Assembly (NCBI GenBank): GCA_963674735.2
Contig: CAXXQS010000001.1
Location: 1,664,001-1,728,000 of the forward strand
Length of the DNA: 64,000 nucleotides
Source: Myxococcota bacterium
Lineage (GTDB): Bacteria; Myxococcota_A; SURF-8
Direction of reading: 5' to 3'
Within the stretch, counting starts at the first letter, position 1, and the number at the start of each line of letters is the position of its first letter. Position numbers and translations under genes: made by a program. Below the pieces are notes generated by a model, which saw only the letters and a program-made list of their open reading frames with translations, was not told where the DNA came from and did not search any database. This document shows positions 38,681 through 48,664 of this stretch, piece by piece.

Positions 38681-39505
38681 GTGGATCAATCTGAGATTGT
38701 TATCAAACCTGGGAATTCATTGCGATTTCTCGATATTCGTGAATTGTGGCGATACCGAGATCTGTTCTATTTCCTCGTGCGCCGGGAAATTCTCGTCAAA
38801 TACAAGCAGACCATCTTGGGACCAGCCTATGCGGTCATTCAACCTTTGCTGGCAATGATTATTTTTACTCTGTTTTTCGGCCGGATGGCGAAGTTGCCCA
38901 ACGACAACATCCCATACCCGCTTTTCTATTATGCCGCTCTCGTGCCCTGGAATTATTTCTCGTCCACGATGATGAACGCCGGTCAGAGCCTGGTTTTCAA
39001 CTCGATCATTCTGAAAAAAGTCTATTTCCCAAGAATTTTCCTGCCTTTCGTGCCGGGAATCGCACGGTTGGTCGATTTTTTCGCGGCCTTCGTTTTCCTC
39101 ATTCTTTTAATGATTTTTTACAAGGTAACCCCCGGCTGGGAAATCATGTGGTTGCCCCTCTTACCGGTGATCATGTATCTGGCCGCGACCGGGACCGGCT
39201 TATGGCTAACCGCTCTGAACATCAAATACCGCGATGTTGGCTTTGCTATCGGATTTCTTGTACAACTCTGGATGTTTGCGTCCCCCGTGGTTTACCCCCT
39301 TTCGATGGTGCCGGAGCGCTATCGCTTGCTTTACGCACTAAACCCCATGACGGGTGTCATCGAAGGCTTCAGAACCTGTTTGGTCGGCTCGGGAACCCTA
39401 GACTGGCGCATTTTGGCTATTTCCGCCGGGGTCAGTTTGTCCCTGATTACCACAGGTATTTTCTATTTCAATTCCGTCGAACGCCAGTTCGCAGATGTGG
39501 CATGA
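38681..39505 (+). CDS. wzm: ABC-2 polysaccharide exporter permease
   Basis: ELWRYRDL, KYKQT.LG, KKVYFPR, YRDV, LNPM. Confidence 0.9.
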   Translation: MDQSEIVIKPGNSLRFLDIRELWRYRDLFYFLVRREILVKYKQTILGPAYAVIQPLLAMIIFTLFFGRMAKLPNDNIPYPLFYYAALVPWNYFSSTMMNAGQSLVFNSIILKKVYFPRIFLPFVPGIARLVDFFAAFVFLILLMIFYKVTPGWEIMWLPLLPVIMYLAATGTGLWLTALNIKYRDVGFAIGFLVQLWMFASPVVYPLSMVPERYRLLYALNPMTGVIEGFRTCLVGSGTLDWRILAISAGVSLSLITTGIFYFNSVERQFADVA

Positions 39506-39512
39506 GGCTCCT

Positions 39513-40778
39513 ATGACGGTCCCGATCATCCAGATCGATCAACTTGGAAAACGCTACCGCATCGGTCGGCAACAAGCGGCAGGACGTTCATCCCGGCAGG
39601 CCTTCAAAGACGCTCTCATCTCTCCGTTTCGGAATCTGAAACGATTGCGCTCACTTACACGCTTCAACGACGATGAAGCAGACGACATCATTTGGGCGCT
39701 CAAGGATATCTCGTTCGAAGTCCATCCGGGAGAAGTGGTCGGAATCATAGGAAAAAACGGAGCAGGAAAAAGCACCCTGCTAAAAATCCTTTCCCGCATC
39801 GTAGATCCATCCACCGGTCAAGCCTTGCTTCGTGGACGTGTCGGCTCATTGTTGGAGGTGGGCACCGGCTTCCATCCGGAAATGACCGGGCGGGAGAACA
39901 TCTACCTAAACGGCACGATTCTCGGCATGCGGAAGCGCGAAATCGACCGTCATTTCGATGAAATCGTCGAGTTCTCCGAAATCGGCAAGTTCATCGACAC
40001 CCCCGTCAAGCATTACTCAAGCGGCATGTATGTACGCTTGGCTTTCGCAGTCGCCGCACACCTGGACTCCGAAATCCTGCTGGTGGATGAAGTGCTGGCG
40101 GTTGGCGATGCGGCATTCCAGCGAAAATGTCTGGAACGCATGAGCGGCGTGTCAAAGGAAGGCCGTACCGTTCTGTTTGTCAGCCACAATATGATGGCGA
40201 TTCAAACGCTTTGCGAGCGGGCCGTTCTCTTGGATCAAGGCCGACTCGCCGATCAGGGCGCTACCGACGACATCGTCAAACAGTACCTTGATATCGGGGT
40301 GGAAAACGGCCTTGAGTGGACTCGCCGCGAGCCTCCCAATGAGAGCGCGTCGATTGACCGGGTTTACCTCGCCGACGACAACCTCAAGCCGATAAAAACC
40401 GTGCAAATGTCCGATTCCATTCGCATGGTAGTCGACTTTACCATTAGACAGCCCATCCCTGAATTAAAAATGAGCCTCGATGTCATGGATGCTTACGGCA
40501 CCCACATCTTTGTATCAACACCGGCCGATTCCGACCTGCCAATGCCCGAGGCCATAGGATCGCATCGCTACATAATTGAATTCCCAAAAGGAATATGGCT
40601 CACTCGCCGCTATGTCTTGCGCGTTAACATGAATTCAAGCAAAACTCATTTTCACGACCATTCCGGAAACATTGAGTTCACCACGGAAGAAGGACATACC
40701 TTTGTCCAAAAAGACGGTCCGGCAACCAAACGTTGCGGCCAGATTGCCCTTCTTTGTCGCTGGAGTAGGAGAGACTGA
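39513..40778 (+). CDS. wzt: Polysaccharide ABC exporter ATPase with C-terminal (Wzt_C-like) domain
   Basis: GKNGAGKST, LLEVGTGFHPE, YSSGM, DEVLAVGD..FQ.KC. Confidence 0.92.
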   Translation: MTVPIIQIDQLGKRYRIGRQQAAGRSSRQAFKDALISPFRNLKRLRSLTRFNDDEADDIIWALKDISFEVHPGEVVGIIGKNGAGKSTLLKILSRIVDPSTGQALLRGRVGSLLEVGTGFHPEMTGRENIYLNGTILGMRKREIDRHFDEIVEFSEIGKFIDTPVKHYSSGMYVRLAFAVAAHLDSEILLVDEVLAVGDAAFQRKCLERMSGVSKEGRTVLFVSHNMMAIQTLCERAVLLDQGRLADQGATDDIVKQYLDIGVENGLEWTRREPPNESASIDRVYLADDNLKPIKTVQMSDSIRMVVDFTIRQPIPELKMSLDVMDAYGTHIFVSTPADSDLPMPEAIGSHRYIIEFPKGIWLTRRYVLRVNMNSSKTHFHDHSGNIEFTTEEGHTFVQKDGPATKRCGQIALLCRWSRRD

Positions 40779-40780
40779 GC

Positions 40781-42169
40781 ATGCGCGACAAACAAACAAC
40801 CGGCATCGGTTACAATCTCGACCACGCGCGGCACGGTGCGGAGATTTATCGCGATGCTTCAAGTTTAAAGGAACTTCTATCCCTGGCCCTTCAGCCGCTT
40901 GGGCTTGCCAAGCCGGACCAAAAGAGCTTTTTTGCGAATGTAATCAAGCCTGGACAGTCCGTACTCCTCAAGCCGAACTGGGTGCTTCATTACAACAAAT
41001 CCGGCCAGGGGATGGATTGTATGATCACCCACCCCAGCTTTCTACTTACGGTCTTGCAGGAAGTCGTAAAAGCGAAACCGGCGAAAATCGTCATTGCCGA
41101 TGCGCCGGTTCAGGGGTGTCACCTTGAAGAGATATTGACAGAGGATTTCCTCGAACGCGTCGCCGATTGCTGCGGTGACATTCCTTTCGAGATTATCGAT
41201 TTTCGGCGCACGACTGTCCGAGACTTCGACTTGTCTTCAGCCGTCTCAACAGACAGAAGACCCGAATCGAACTACCTTTTATTCGATTTAGGCGTCGACA
41301 GTATGCTCGACCCTATTTCGCAACCGCAAGGCCGCTTTCGCGTAACCCAATACGACCCTGAGTTGCTGGCCCGAAAACATCGCCCCGGTCGCCATCAATT
41401 CCTCGTTGCACGGGAAGTCATGGAAGCGGATGTCGTCATCAATCTTCCCAAGCTGAAAACACACGTAAAATCAGGGATCACCGGGTCACTGAAGAATCTG
41501 GTCGGAATCAATGGGAACAAGGATTATCTCCCCCATCATCGGGTTGGCGGTTCTCAAATGGGCGGAGACTGTTACCCCGGCCGCTCCGTGACCAAACGTG
41601 GCTTTGAGGCTTTACTCGACCGACGAAACCATCATATCGGCCAGCCTCTTCGGTTTCGCCTTTTCAATCGCGCCCTCTTCGAATACCACCGTATCACCAG
41701 CCGATACGGAGCACCAATCGGCCAAAGCATAGAAGGCAATTGGCATGGGAACGATACGATCTGGCGGACGGTTCTCGACTTGAATCGCATCCTTCTCTAC
41801 GGAACGCTCCAAGCAAGCATGGCCGAGACCATTCAACGAAACGTGCTGCACATCACAGACGCGATTGTCTGTGGACAACACAATGGCCCTTTATCGCCCG
41901 AGCCTGCTTCCGTCGGAGCCATTACCGCCTCGTTCTCCTCCGTAGCCGCCGAAACAGCGAATGCCGCCCTGCTTCGCATGGATTACAAGCGAATTCCGCT
42001 CATTCGCGAAGCTTTCGGTCAATTCAAGTGGCCATTGACTGAGCCGAATCCCAATCTGCGGTATGTCCTGAACGGTGAAGCCATCGACTACCGCGAGTTG
42101 GCGAACAAGGCCGGTGTAAACGCCTTAACTCCCGATGGCTGGACCGGTAGTATGGAACTCCTGACCTAA
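40781..42169 (+). CDS. DUF362 domain protein
   Basis: VLLKPN, THP, NLPKLKTH..G.T..LKNLVG, DAI..G..GP. Confidence 0.8.
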   Translation: MRDKQTTGIGYNLDHARHGAEIYRDASSLKELLSLALQPLGLAKPDQKSFFANVIKPGQSVLLKPNWVLHYNKSGQGMDCMITHPSFLLTVLQEVVKAKPAKIVIADAPVQGCHLEEILTEDFLERVADCCGDIPFEIIDFRRTTVRDFDLSSAVSTDRRPESNYLLFDLGVDSMLDPISQPQGRFRVTQYDPELLARKHRPGRHQFLVAREVMEADVVINLPKLKTHVKSGITGSLKNLVGINGNKDYLPHHRVGGSQMGGDCYPGRSVTKRGFEALLDRRNHHIGQPLRFRLFNRALFEYHRITSRYGAPIGQSIEGNWHGNDTIWRTVLDLNRILLYGTLQASMAETIQRNVLHITDAIVCGQHNGPLSPEPASVGAITASFSSVAAETANAALLRMDYKRIPLIREAFGQFKWPLTEPNPNLRYVLNGEAIDYRELANKAGVNALTPDGWTGSMELLT

Positions 42170-42200
42170 TTTCGCTTCCAACCCAATCATGAGGAACGTC

Positions 42201-43256
42201 ATGACCTATACCATCGCGATGCAACCTATGGATGCTCCGGACAACAATAACAGCCCTCTTATCTGGAAACGAACGATTCAAGAAGCCGGCCACAAGGTAC
42301 GCTATGTCAACGTGGAGCATTCCGATATTCTCGATCAACTCAAGGGCTGTCACGGCTTCATGTGGCGTCATTCGCATATGCCCAACGACAAGCAGATTGC
42401 CAATGCGTTGGTTCCCGCACTTGCTTATTATACCGATATCGAACTCTATCCCGATCTCAACACCTGCTGGCATTACGACAATAAAATCGCACAAAAATAT
42501 ATGTTCGATCTCCTGGGAATTCCTCAACCCAAAACCTGGGTGTGGTTCGACTCCAGCCTGGCGAAAGCCTTCGCGATACGGGCGAAGTATCCCATGATCA
42601 TGAAGCTTTCCGCCGGCGCAAGCTCAAGCAACGTCATCCTTATCCATTCTTTTCAGGAGGCGGAAGCCTACATCGATGAATTGTTTGGCATGGGAGTGAA
42701 GGGTCTCACGGCCGGTGGACCGGAGCGATGGTGGGAAAAGAAAATGGCTATCGATCAGCAATGGTTGCGAACAAGCGCCCGCGTGTTGATGAAACGTTTG
42801 CCGACTTACCCTCCACCGGTTGACTACAATGCTTGGGAATTTCATAAAAACTATGTCCTGTTTCAGGAATTTCTGCCAAACAACGAGCACGACTATCGCA
42901 TTTCAGTGATCGGTGACCGCGCCTTCGGTTATCGTCGTTTCAACCGCCCGGACGATTTCCGGGCCAGCGGCAGCGGCAACTTCAATACGGAACCTTCGAA
43001 AATTGATATGAGAGCAGTTAGATTGGCCTTCGACGCCACGGCCAAATTAAAGACGCAATCCTTGGCCTTTGATTTTCTCCGAAAAGGTGAGGACTTGCTG
43101 TGCCTTGAAATCAGCTACGCCTATGTAAGCTGGATGGTTCATGAATGCCCGGGTTATTGGGATCGTGACTTGAACTGGCATGAAGGCCAAATGTGGCCGG
43201 AAGAAGCACAGGCGGAAGATTTACTGGCGCGTTTGGATTCGAAATATTCTAAATAA
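42201..43256 (+). CDS. RimK-like ATP-grasp ligase
   Basis: DNK..Q, P.T, K...GASS.NV, FQEFLP, D.R..VIG, DFRASGSG, FDF, EIS. Confidence 0.8.
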   Translation: MTYTIAMQPMDAPDNNNSPLIWKRTIQEAGHKVRYVNVEHSDILDQLKGCHGFMWRHSHMPNDKQIANALVPALAYYTDIELYPDLNTCWHYDNKIAQKYMFDLLGIPQPKTWVWFDSSLAKAFAIRAKYPMIMKLSAGASSSNVILIHSFQEAEAYIDELFGMGVKGLTAGGPERWWEKKMAIDQQWLRTSARVLMKRLPTYPPPVDYNAWEFHKNYVLFQEFLPNNEHDYRISVIGDRAFGYRRFNRPDDFRASGSGNFNTEPSKIDMRAVRLAFDATAKLKTQSLAFDFLRKGEDLLCLEISYAYVSWMVHECPGYWDRDLNWHEGQMWPEEAQAEDLLARLDSKYSK

Positions 43257-43295
43257 CCTGCAGGCTGCATTCGCAGAAACGAAATAGACGAAACA

Positions 43296-44573
43296 ATGCG
43301 CATCGGCTTTCTAACACCCGAGTATGTCACCGAAACGAATTCCTGCGGAGGTTTGTCCAATTATCTGGGGCGCATCACGCTTCATCTCGCCAGATCCGGA
43401 CATGAGGTGCACGTTTTTGTTTTCTCCGGTGTCGCCCAAGAGGTCTTCAACCACAATGGGGTCCTTGTCCACCGAATTCCTTGCAATGTTCCTTCTTTAG
43501 CAAACAATCGCTGGTTTCGGCGACTGGGTGCAATGGACTATCATTATGCGTTGGAAATCCTTGAAAAAAATGTCCTCGGCTGCTTGACGATCGCTCAACA
43601 ACACCGGAAAACACCGTTTGACATCATTCAGGTTCCACATATGTCCGGAATCGGAATCCTGACGACTTTGCTTGGCGGCGAAAAAGTCGTCCTCAGGGTA
43701 TCCGGATACTCCAAGGCGTGTGACCGCTTACGCGGTCATGTTGCATCAAAGCCGGATACGGCCATTACCGCATGGGCGGAGACGGTTCAATTCAATTTGG
43801 CATCCAACATTTTCTCCCCCAGCAAATTGATCAAGCATCTTCTTGAGATTGAAGAAGACATCCACAATATCGAGGTTCTCCAGACTCCGTTTTTCAATGA
43901 AGTTCAAAAGGAAGATATCTCGCTACACGAGACCTATCTGAAAGGTAAAAAATACCTACTATACTTCGGTAATTTTCAGATATATAAAGGAGTTATCGAG
44001 TTAACACAGGCGCTTTATCGAGTCATGGATGCATGTCCGGATTTGACCATGGTGTTCGCGGGAGGCGACATTCCCACTCGCGTCACCCCCTCCATGCATG
44101 ATTACATCCGCAGCAGCCTTCCCCACCTGGCCGACCGCCTATATTTGTTCGACACCATTCCCCATTCGCAACTCTACCCGATTATCAAACATGCACGAGC
44201 GGTGGTGCTTCCCTCTCTCATCGACAATATGCCCAACACTATGCTTGAAGCGATGTCCCTTGGAAAACCGGTTATCGGCACCATCGGCGCAAGCTTCGAT
44301 GAATTCATCACGGATGGTGAAAACGGTTTCCTGGTCCCCCTCGGCGATAGCGACTCATTGGCAAAAAAGCTGATCGAGGTCTGGAACCGCAGCGACTTGG
44401 ACACCATAGGCAAGAACGCGGCTGAATCCATGCTCCGAATGGCTCCGGATATCCAAGTCGACAATCTGTTGACCTACTATAAAACCATTACCGAATCCCC
44501 GAAAAGCAAGCATCGTTTCGGTCACATGGCCGTTTTGAAAGCTATTAAACTGGCGAAAAAAATGATTGCCTGA
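43296..44573 (+). CDS. GT4 glycosyltransferase (paralog 1)
   Basis: GGL.NY, KG, PS..DNMPN..LEAM..GKPVI, GENGFLV. Confidence 0.88.
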   Translation: MRIGFLTPEYVTETNSCGGLSNYLGRITLHLARSGHEVHVFVFSGVAQEVFNHNGVLVHRIPCNVPSLANNRWFRRLGAMDYHYALEILEKNVLGCLTIAQQHRKTPFDIIQVPHMSGIGILTTLLGGEKVVLRVSGYSKACDRLRGHVASKPDTAITAWAETVQFNLASNIFSPSKLIKHLLEIEEDIHNIEVLQTPFFNEVQKEDISLHETYLKGKKYLLYFGNFQIYKGVIELTQALYRVMDACPDLTMVFAGGDIPTRVTPSMHDYIRSSLPHLADRLYLFDTIPHSQLYPIIKHARAVVLPSLIDNMPNTMLEAMSLGKPVIGTIGASFDEFITDGENGFLVPLGDSDSLAKKLIEVWNRSDLDTIGKNAAESMLRMAPDIQVDNLLTYYKTITESPKSKHRFGHMAVLKAIKLAKKMIA

Positions 44574-45838
44574 TGCGAATCGCTTACCTTACAACCGAAT
44601 TCATCACGGAGCCGAACTTCAGTGGAGGCTTGTCGAATTATTTAGGGCGAATCACTCCATTCCTCGCAAATCTGGGACACGATGTCCACGTCATCGTCTT
44701 CACAGAAAACCCAAGCGAAATCTTTGAGTTCAACGGTGTCACGATCCATCGCATTTCCGTGATGGACTCCCAGTACCAGCGGTTCCTCAAGTTGGTTCAA
44801 AAAACATTTCCGACACTTGCATTTTGCCATGTTCTGCACATCGCCATGAATTGGCGGGCTTATCAGGTTGTCCGCAAAATACACAAAGAGCGTCCTTTCG
44901 ACATCATTCAAGTTCCGCATATGGGCGGTTACGGTATTTTCTTGGCACTTAGACTTCTTTCTCCCATTACGATGAGAGCCTCGGGCTACCAACCAGCTCT
45001 TGACCGTTGCTCGGAAGTCTCAGAGATATCTCCCTTCGATCACTCCGAATATGCCTTTACATCAACACAGTTCGGCCTGATCGACCACATTTTCGCGCCG
45101 AGTCAGCTCGTGCGTGACCTATTGATACGAGAGGAAAAGCTTCCACACGTCGAGGTAATTCGCACCCCGTTTTTCGACGAAAAGGTGGAATGGGATTATG
45201 GATCATTCGAAACTCACCTCTCCGGTAAAACCTATGCACTGTTTTTCGGTGGGCTCCAGATCTACAAGGGTGTTCTCGAAATCGTGGATGCCTTACCCGA
45301 AATATTCGATGAAGCCCCTGATTTCACGATGGTTTTCGTTGGCTCGGATCACAAAACAGCGGTCGGTGATTCGATGGAACATTACATCCGTAGCGCCTTA
45401 CCGTCCTATCAAGATCGCATCGTCATCCTCGACGCCCTGCCCCACGCGCAGCTTTTTCCGATCATCGACGGCGCGAAACTCGTCCTGATGCCGTCGCGCA
45501 TCGACAACATGCCAAACACGCTTTTGGAAGCCATGTCGCTCGGCAAACCCGTCATCGGCACCATCGGAGCCAGTTTAGACGAATTCATTACGGATGGGGA
45601 GAATGGATTCCTGGTACCGATCAACGACTCTCGGGCACTGGCCACAAAGGTAATCGAGAGCTGGAATCGTCGCGACCTCGACCGCATTGGCCAGGCCGCC
45701 AAAATGAAAATAGAAGAATTTGCTCCTGAAAAAACCGTTGAAGAGTTGTTAAGCTACTATCGGCGAGTCATTGCGGACTACCAATCAAAAAGCTCGCTTA
45801 AGCGGAAATGGTCCAAGTTTATCCAACTTATCAAGTAG
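44573..45838 (+). CDS. GT4 glycosyltransferase (paralog 2)
   Basis: Same motifs as paralog 1. Confidence 0.88.
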   Translation: MRIAYLTTEFITEPNFSGGLSNYLGRITPFLANLGHDVHVIVFTENPSEIFEFNGVTIHRISVMDSQYQRFLKLVQKTFPTLAFCHVLHIAMNWRAYQVVRKIHKERPFDIIQVPHMGGYGIFLALRLLSPITMRASGYQPALDRCSEVSEISPFDHSEYAFTSTQFGLIDHIFAPSQLVRDLLIREEKLPHVEVIRTPFFDEKVEWDYGSFETHLSGKTYALFFGGLQIYKGVLEIVDALPEIFDEAPDFTMVFVGSDHKTAVGDSMEHYIRSALPSYQDRIVILDALPHAQLFPIIDGAKLVLMPSRIDNMPNTLLEAMSLGKPVIGTIGASLDEFITDGENGFLVPINDSRALATKVIESWNRRDLDRIGQAAKMKIEEFAPEKTVEELLSYYRRVIADYQSKSSLKRKWSKFIQLIK

Positions 45839-45847
45839 AACTTGAGC

Positions 45848-47038
45848 ATGAAGATAGCCTACATTACGCCAGAATATGTAACTGAAAACTATTTCAGCGG
45901 AGGTTTGGCTAATTATATTTTCCGCGTCGCGTCTTACCTCGCCCAACAAGGACATTCCATCCACGTAGTAACACTGAGCAATGAGCCAAGTTCAACTTTC
46001 AAGCACAATGGGGTCACCGTTCACCGCCTAAGATCCTCATCCAAGAGTCAGACCGACGCACTTTCCGCCTTGCACCCTTACCAGCAATGGATTCGACAAT
46101 CCTTCGCTTTTACAAGCAAACTCCGCTCGATCCATCGCCGGGTGGGGCTGGATCTGGTTCAGGTTTCGCAGTATAACGCACTCGGTTTGGGGGTATTCGC
46201 GCTAAGCCCGGTTCCCGTTATCATGCGCACCTCAAGCTATCAACCCAACATCGACGAGAAGACCTTCGAGCCGCCTGAAAAGATGTCCGAACATGTAATG
46301 GTAGCTCTTGAAAAGCTTCAAATCAAAACGGCTCCACACATCATCGCCCCCAGCAATACCTTGAAGAAAATTATCCAGCGCGATTTTCCGCAGCGTTCCA
46401 TCCGCGTTATCCCCTCCCCTTTCTACATGGAAATTCAAAATACGGATCCAAGTGTTTTCGATAAACAGATCGGAAATAAGCCTTATCTTCTATATGTGGG
46501 CCGCTATCAGCTTCATAAAGGGTTTCACATCCTCTTAGACGCTCTGAAAGACATTTTTCCAGCTTGTCCTGACCTTACAGCTGTTTTTGTCGGTGAAGAC
46601 CGTCCGACCCGTCTCGGCCCCTCGATGAAACGTCTGGCCCTCGACAGCCTCCCGGCTTACCGAAATCGCCTGCTTTTCATCGAACAACTGCCACATAATC
46701 AGCTTTATCCCATCATGCAAAATGCACGCTTGATCACCCTCCCCTCCCTGTCTGACAACCTGCCAAACACGCTGCTTGAAAGTATGGCCTGTGCTAGGCC
46801 GGTAATCGGGACGATCGGGGCCAGTTTCGACGAAGTGATCACCGATGGTCAAGACGGTTTCCTTGTTCCGATGGAGGATCCAGTAGCCTTGGCAGACAAA
46901 GTCATCCAGTCCTGGAATCGTTCGGACCTCGATCGCATCGGAAGCGCCGCCCGCGATAAAATTCGCGAGTTCGCCCCTGAAAGGTCGATTGCTGAATTGC
47001 TCGACTATTATCAAGACGTCATCGACGACAAAGCCTGA
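45848..47038 (+). CDS. GT4 glycosyltransferase (paralog 3)
   Basis: Same motifs; DNLPNTLLESM. Confidence 0.88.
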   Translation: MKIAYITPEYVTENYFSGGLANYIFRVASYLAQQGHSIHVVTLSNEPSSTFKHNGVTVHRLRSSSKSQTDALSALHPYQQWIRQSFAFTSKLRSIHRRVGLDLVQVSQYNALGLGVFALSPVPVIMRTSSYQPNIDEKTFEPPEKMSEHVMVALEKLQIKTAPHIIAPSNTLKKIIQRDFPQRSIRVIPSPFYMEIQNTDPSVFDKQIGNKPYLLYVGRYQLHKGFHILLDALKDIFPACPDLTAVFVGEDRPTRLGPSMKRLALDSLPAYRNRLLFIEQLPHNQLYPIMQNARLITLPSLSDNLPNTLLESMACARPVIGTIGASFDEVITDGQDGFLVPMEDPVALADKVIQSWNRSDLDRIGSAARDKIREFAPERSIAELLDYYQDVIDDKA

Positions 47039-47053
47039 GAATTCTTTCGACCC

Positions 47054-47073
47054 CTCAATGAGTATTCATTGAG
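47054..47073. promoter_or_regulatory. Perfect inverted repeat, candidate operator
   Basis: CTCAATGA-GTAT-TCATTGAG, with no U-tract. Confidence 0.4.
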
Positions 47074-47199
47074 CAACCACTCAAAAGATTTGTTGCCAAT
47101 TCGCTAAGCATTCCCCATAATAGGCTCTGGAAATAGTGCAACTCGCCACGACAGATGTCGATCTTCTGAATTGATCCAAAGGAACGAACGGAGTTGAGT

Positions 47200-48600
47200 A
47201 TGCAGGCAAGACGAAAAGTGATTTTTATTCGTAATCTTATGTGGGTGCTCGTCCTGACCGGGCTTCTTTCGGTGCTAAGCCTATACATGGCTGGCTGCGG
47301 TGATTCTGAAAACGATTCAGACACGGATGGCGACAGCGAAAGCAATCCCGATGGAGACCAAGAGGACGAAGAGACGCCCTCCGATGGCGATCAGTCGGAT
47401 ACCGATGGCGATGGCGAAGAAACTCCGCTCGTCAATGTTCTACCCTTCGAGCCTGCGGGTCCCGACGCCGCCCCCGATCCGATGCAGCCGGGACCGTTTC
47501 CGGTTGGCGTCAAGACCTACGACTTCGTCGATACCAGCCGTCAACACAACGACACCGGTGAACCGCGTAAGCTGAAAGTTGAAGTCTGGTATCCGGCGGT
47601 TCAAGCGGCCAAGGATGGACCGTTTTACACCTACGATCTCAAGGCGGAAGCACTGAGCCAAGATATGGGCGATAAAGCGGAAAAAATTCAGCAATCCGAT
47701 ATCAAGGGACTTGAAACCACTTCGATCCGCGATGCGGAGATCGATCGGGAACATGCACGCTATCCGGTGGTTCTTTTCTCCCACGGAGCTTTCGGCATCC
47801 GTTGGCAGAGCACATTCTATACCATCCAATTGGCATCCCATGGTTATATCGTCATCTCAGTCGATCACGAAGAAAACACAGTCTGGGACATTATCCGCGA
47901 TGGGTATAACGCCCTTCTGGTCGCGAACTCAGCCAACAAACGTCCCGACGACATGATCTTCGTTTTGGATCGCTTCCTCGAATTCGACGCAGAAGACGAC
48001 CATTTCTTCAGTTCCACCATGGATGCGGACAACATCGGGATTTCCGGCCATAGCCTGGGCGGCTTAACGAGCATCGCCACTCCCTGCAGAGATTCGCGCA
48101 TCAAAGTCTCGGTGCCTCATTCTCCGGCGATCTACATGGGAGCGTTAATCGGCGGCTGCCACATCGATGAATACCCCGTTCCGGTTTTCGTCATGGGCGG
48201 CACTCTTGACCGCACCGTACCGTGGAAAGACCAATACTGCGAATACCGCATGATCGATGGCACCCCCAAGCATATTTACGAAGTTGTCGGAGGGGGCCAT
48301 TACACGTTCTCGGATATGTGCAAACTGGATCTGGTCGCGCTGGCTGAAGATTTCGACTTCGGCGATGCTGAGGACGCCTTACACGACGGTTGCAGCGATA
48401 CCGACAACGTTCCTTATGAAAAGGCCTGGTTGTCGATCAATCACTATGCAATCGCCTATCTGAACTACCACTTGCGCGCTTCCGAAAACTCGTGGGACTA
48501 CTTCGTAGAGAAAAGCGAAGATCCCTTCGACGTGGTGAACTTCACCGAGGGACAAATCCCGGATTGGCCGGAGGACGGTGGCTGTAATCCGGAAGACTGA
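47200..48600 (+). CDS. Alpha/beta-hydrolase (PAF-acetylhydrolase/lipase-like) lipoprotein with DGD linker
   Basis: Lipobox MAGC; WYP, FSHG, LASHGY, RP.D, GHSLGG, GGHYTFSD. Confidence 0.85.
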   Translation: MQARRKVIFIRNLMWVLVLTGLLSVLSLYMAGCGDSENDSDTDGDSESNPDGDQEDEETPSDGDQSDTDGDGEETPLVNVLPFEPAGPDAAPDPMQPGPFPVGVKTYDFVDTSRQHNDTGEPRKLKVEVWYPAVQAAKDGPFYTYDLKAEALSQDMGDKAEKIQQSDIKGLETTSIRDAEIDREHARYPVVLFSHGAFGIRWQSTFYTIQLASHGYIVISVDHEENTVWDIIRDGYNALLVANSANKRPDDMIFVLDRFLEFDAEDDHFFSSTMDADNIGISGHSLGGLTSIATPCRDSRIKVSVPHSPAIYMGALIGGCHIDEYPVPVFVMGGTLDRTVPWKDQYCEYRMIDGTPKHIYEVVGGGHYTFSDMCKLDLVALAEDFDFGDAEDALHDGCSDTDNVPYEKAWLSINHYAIAYLNYHLRASENSWDYFVEKSEDPFDVVNFTEGQIPDWPEDGGCNPED

Positions 48601-48664
48601 CGAATAGTCGCCCCGTCTGTCAACAGCAGGCGGGGCATGATCGAATATTTGAGGAGGACTGATC

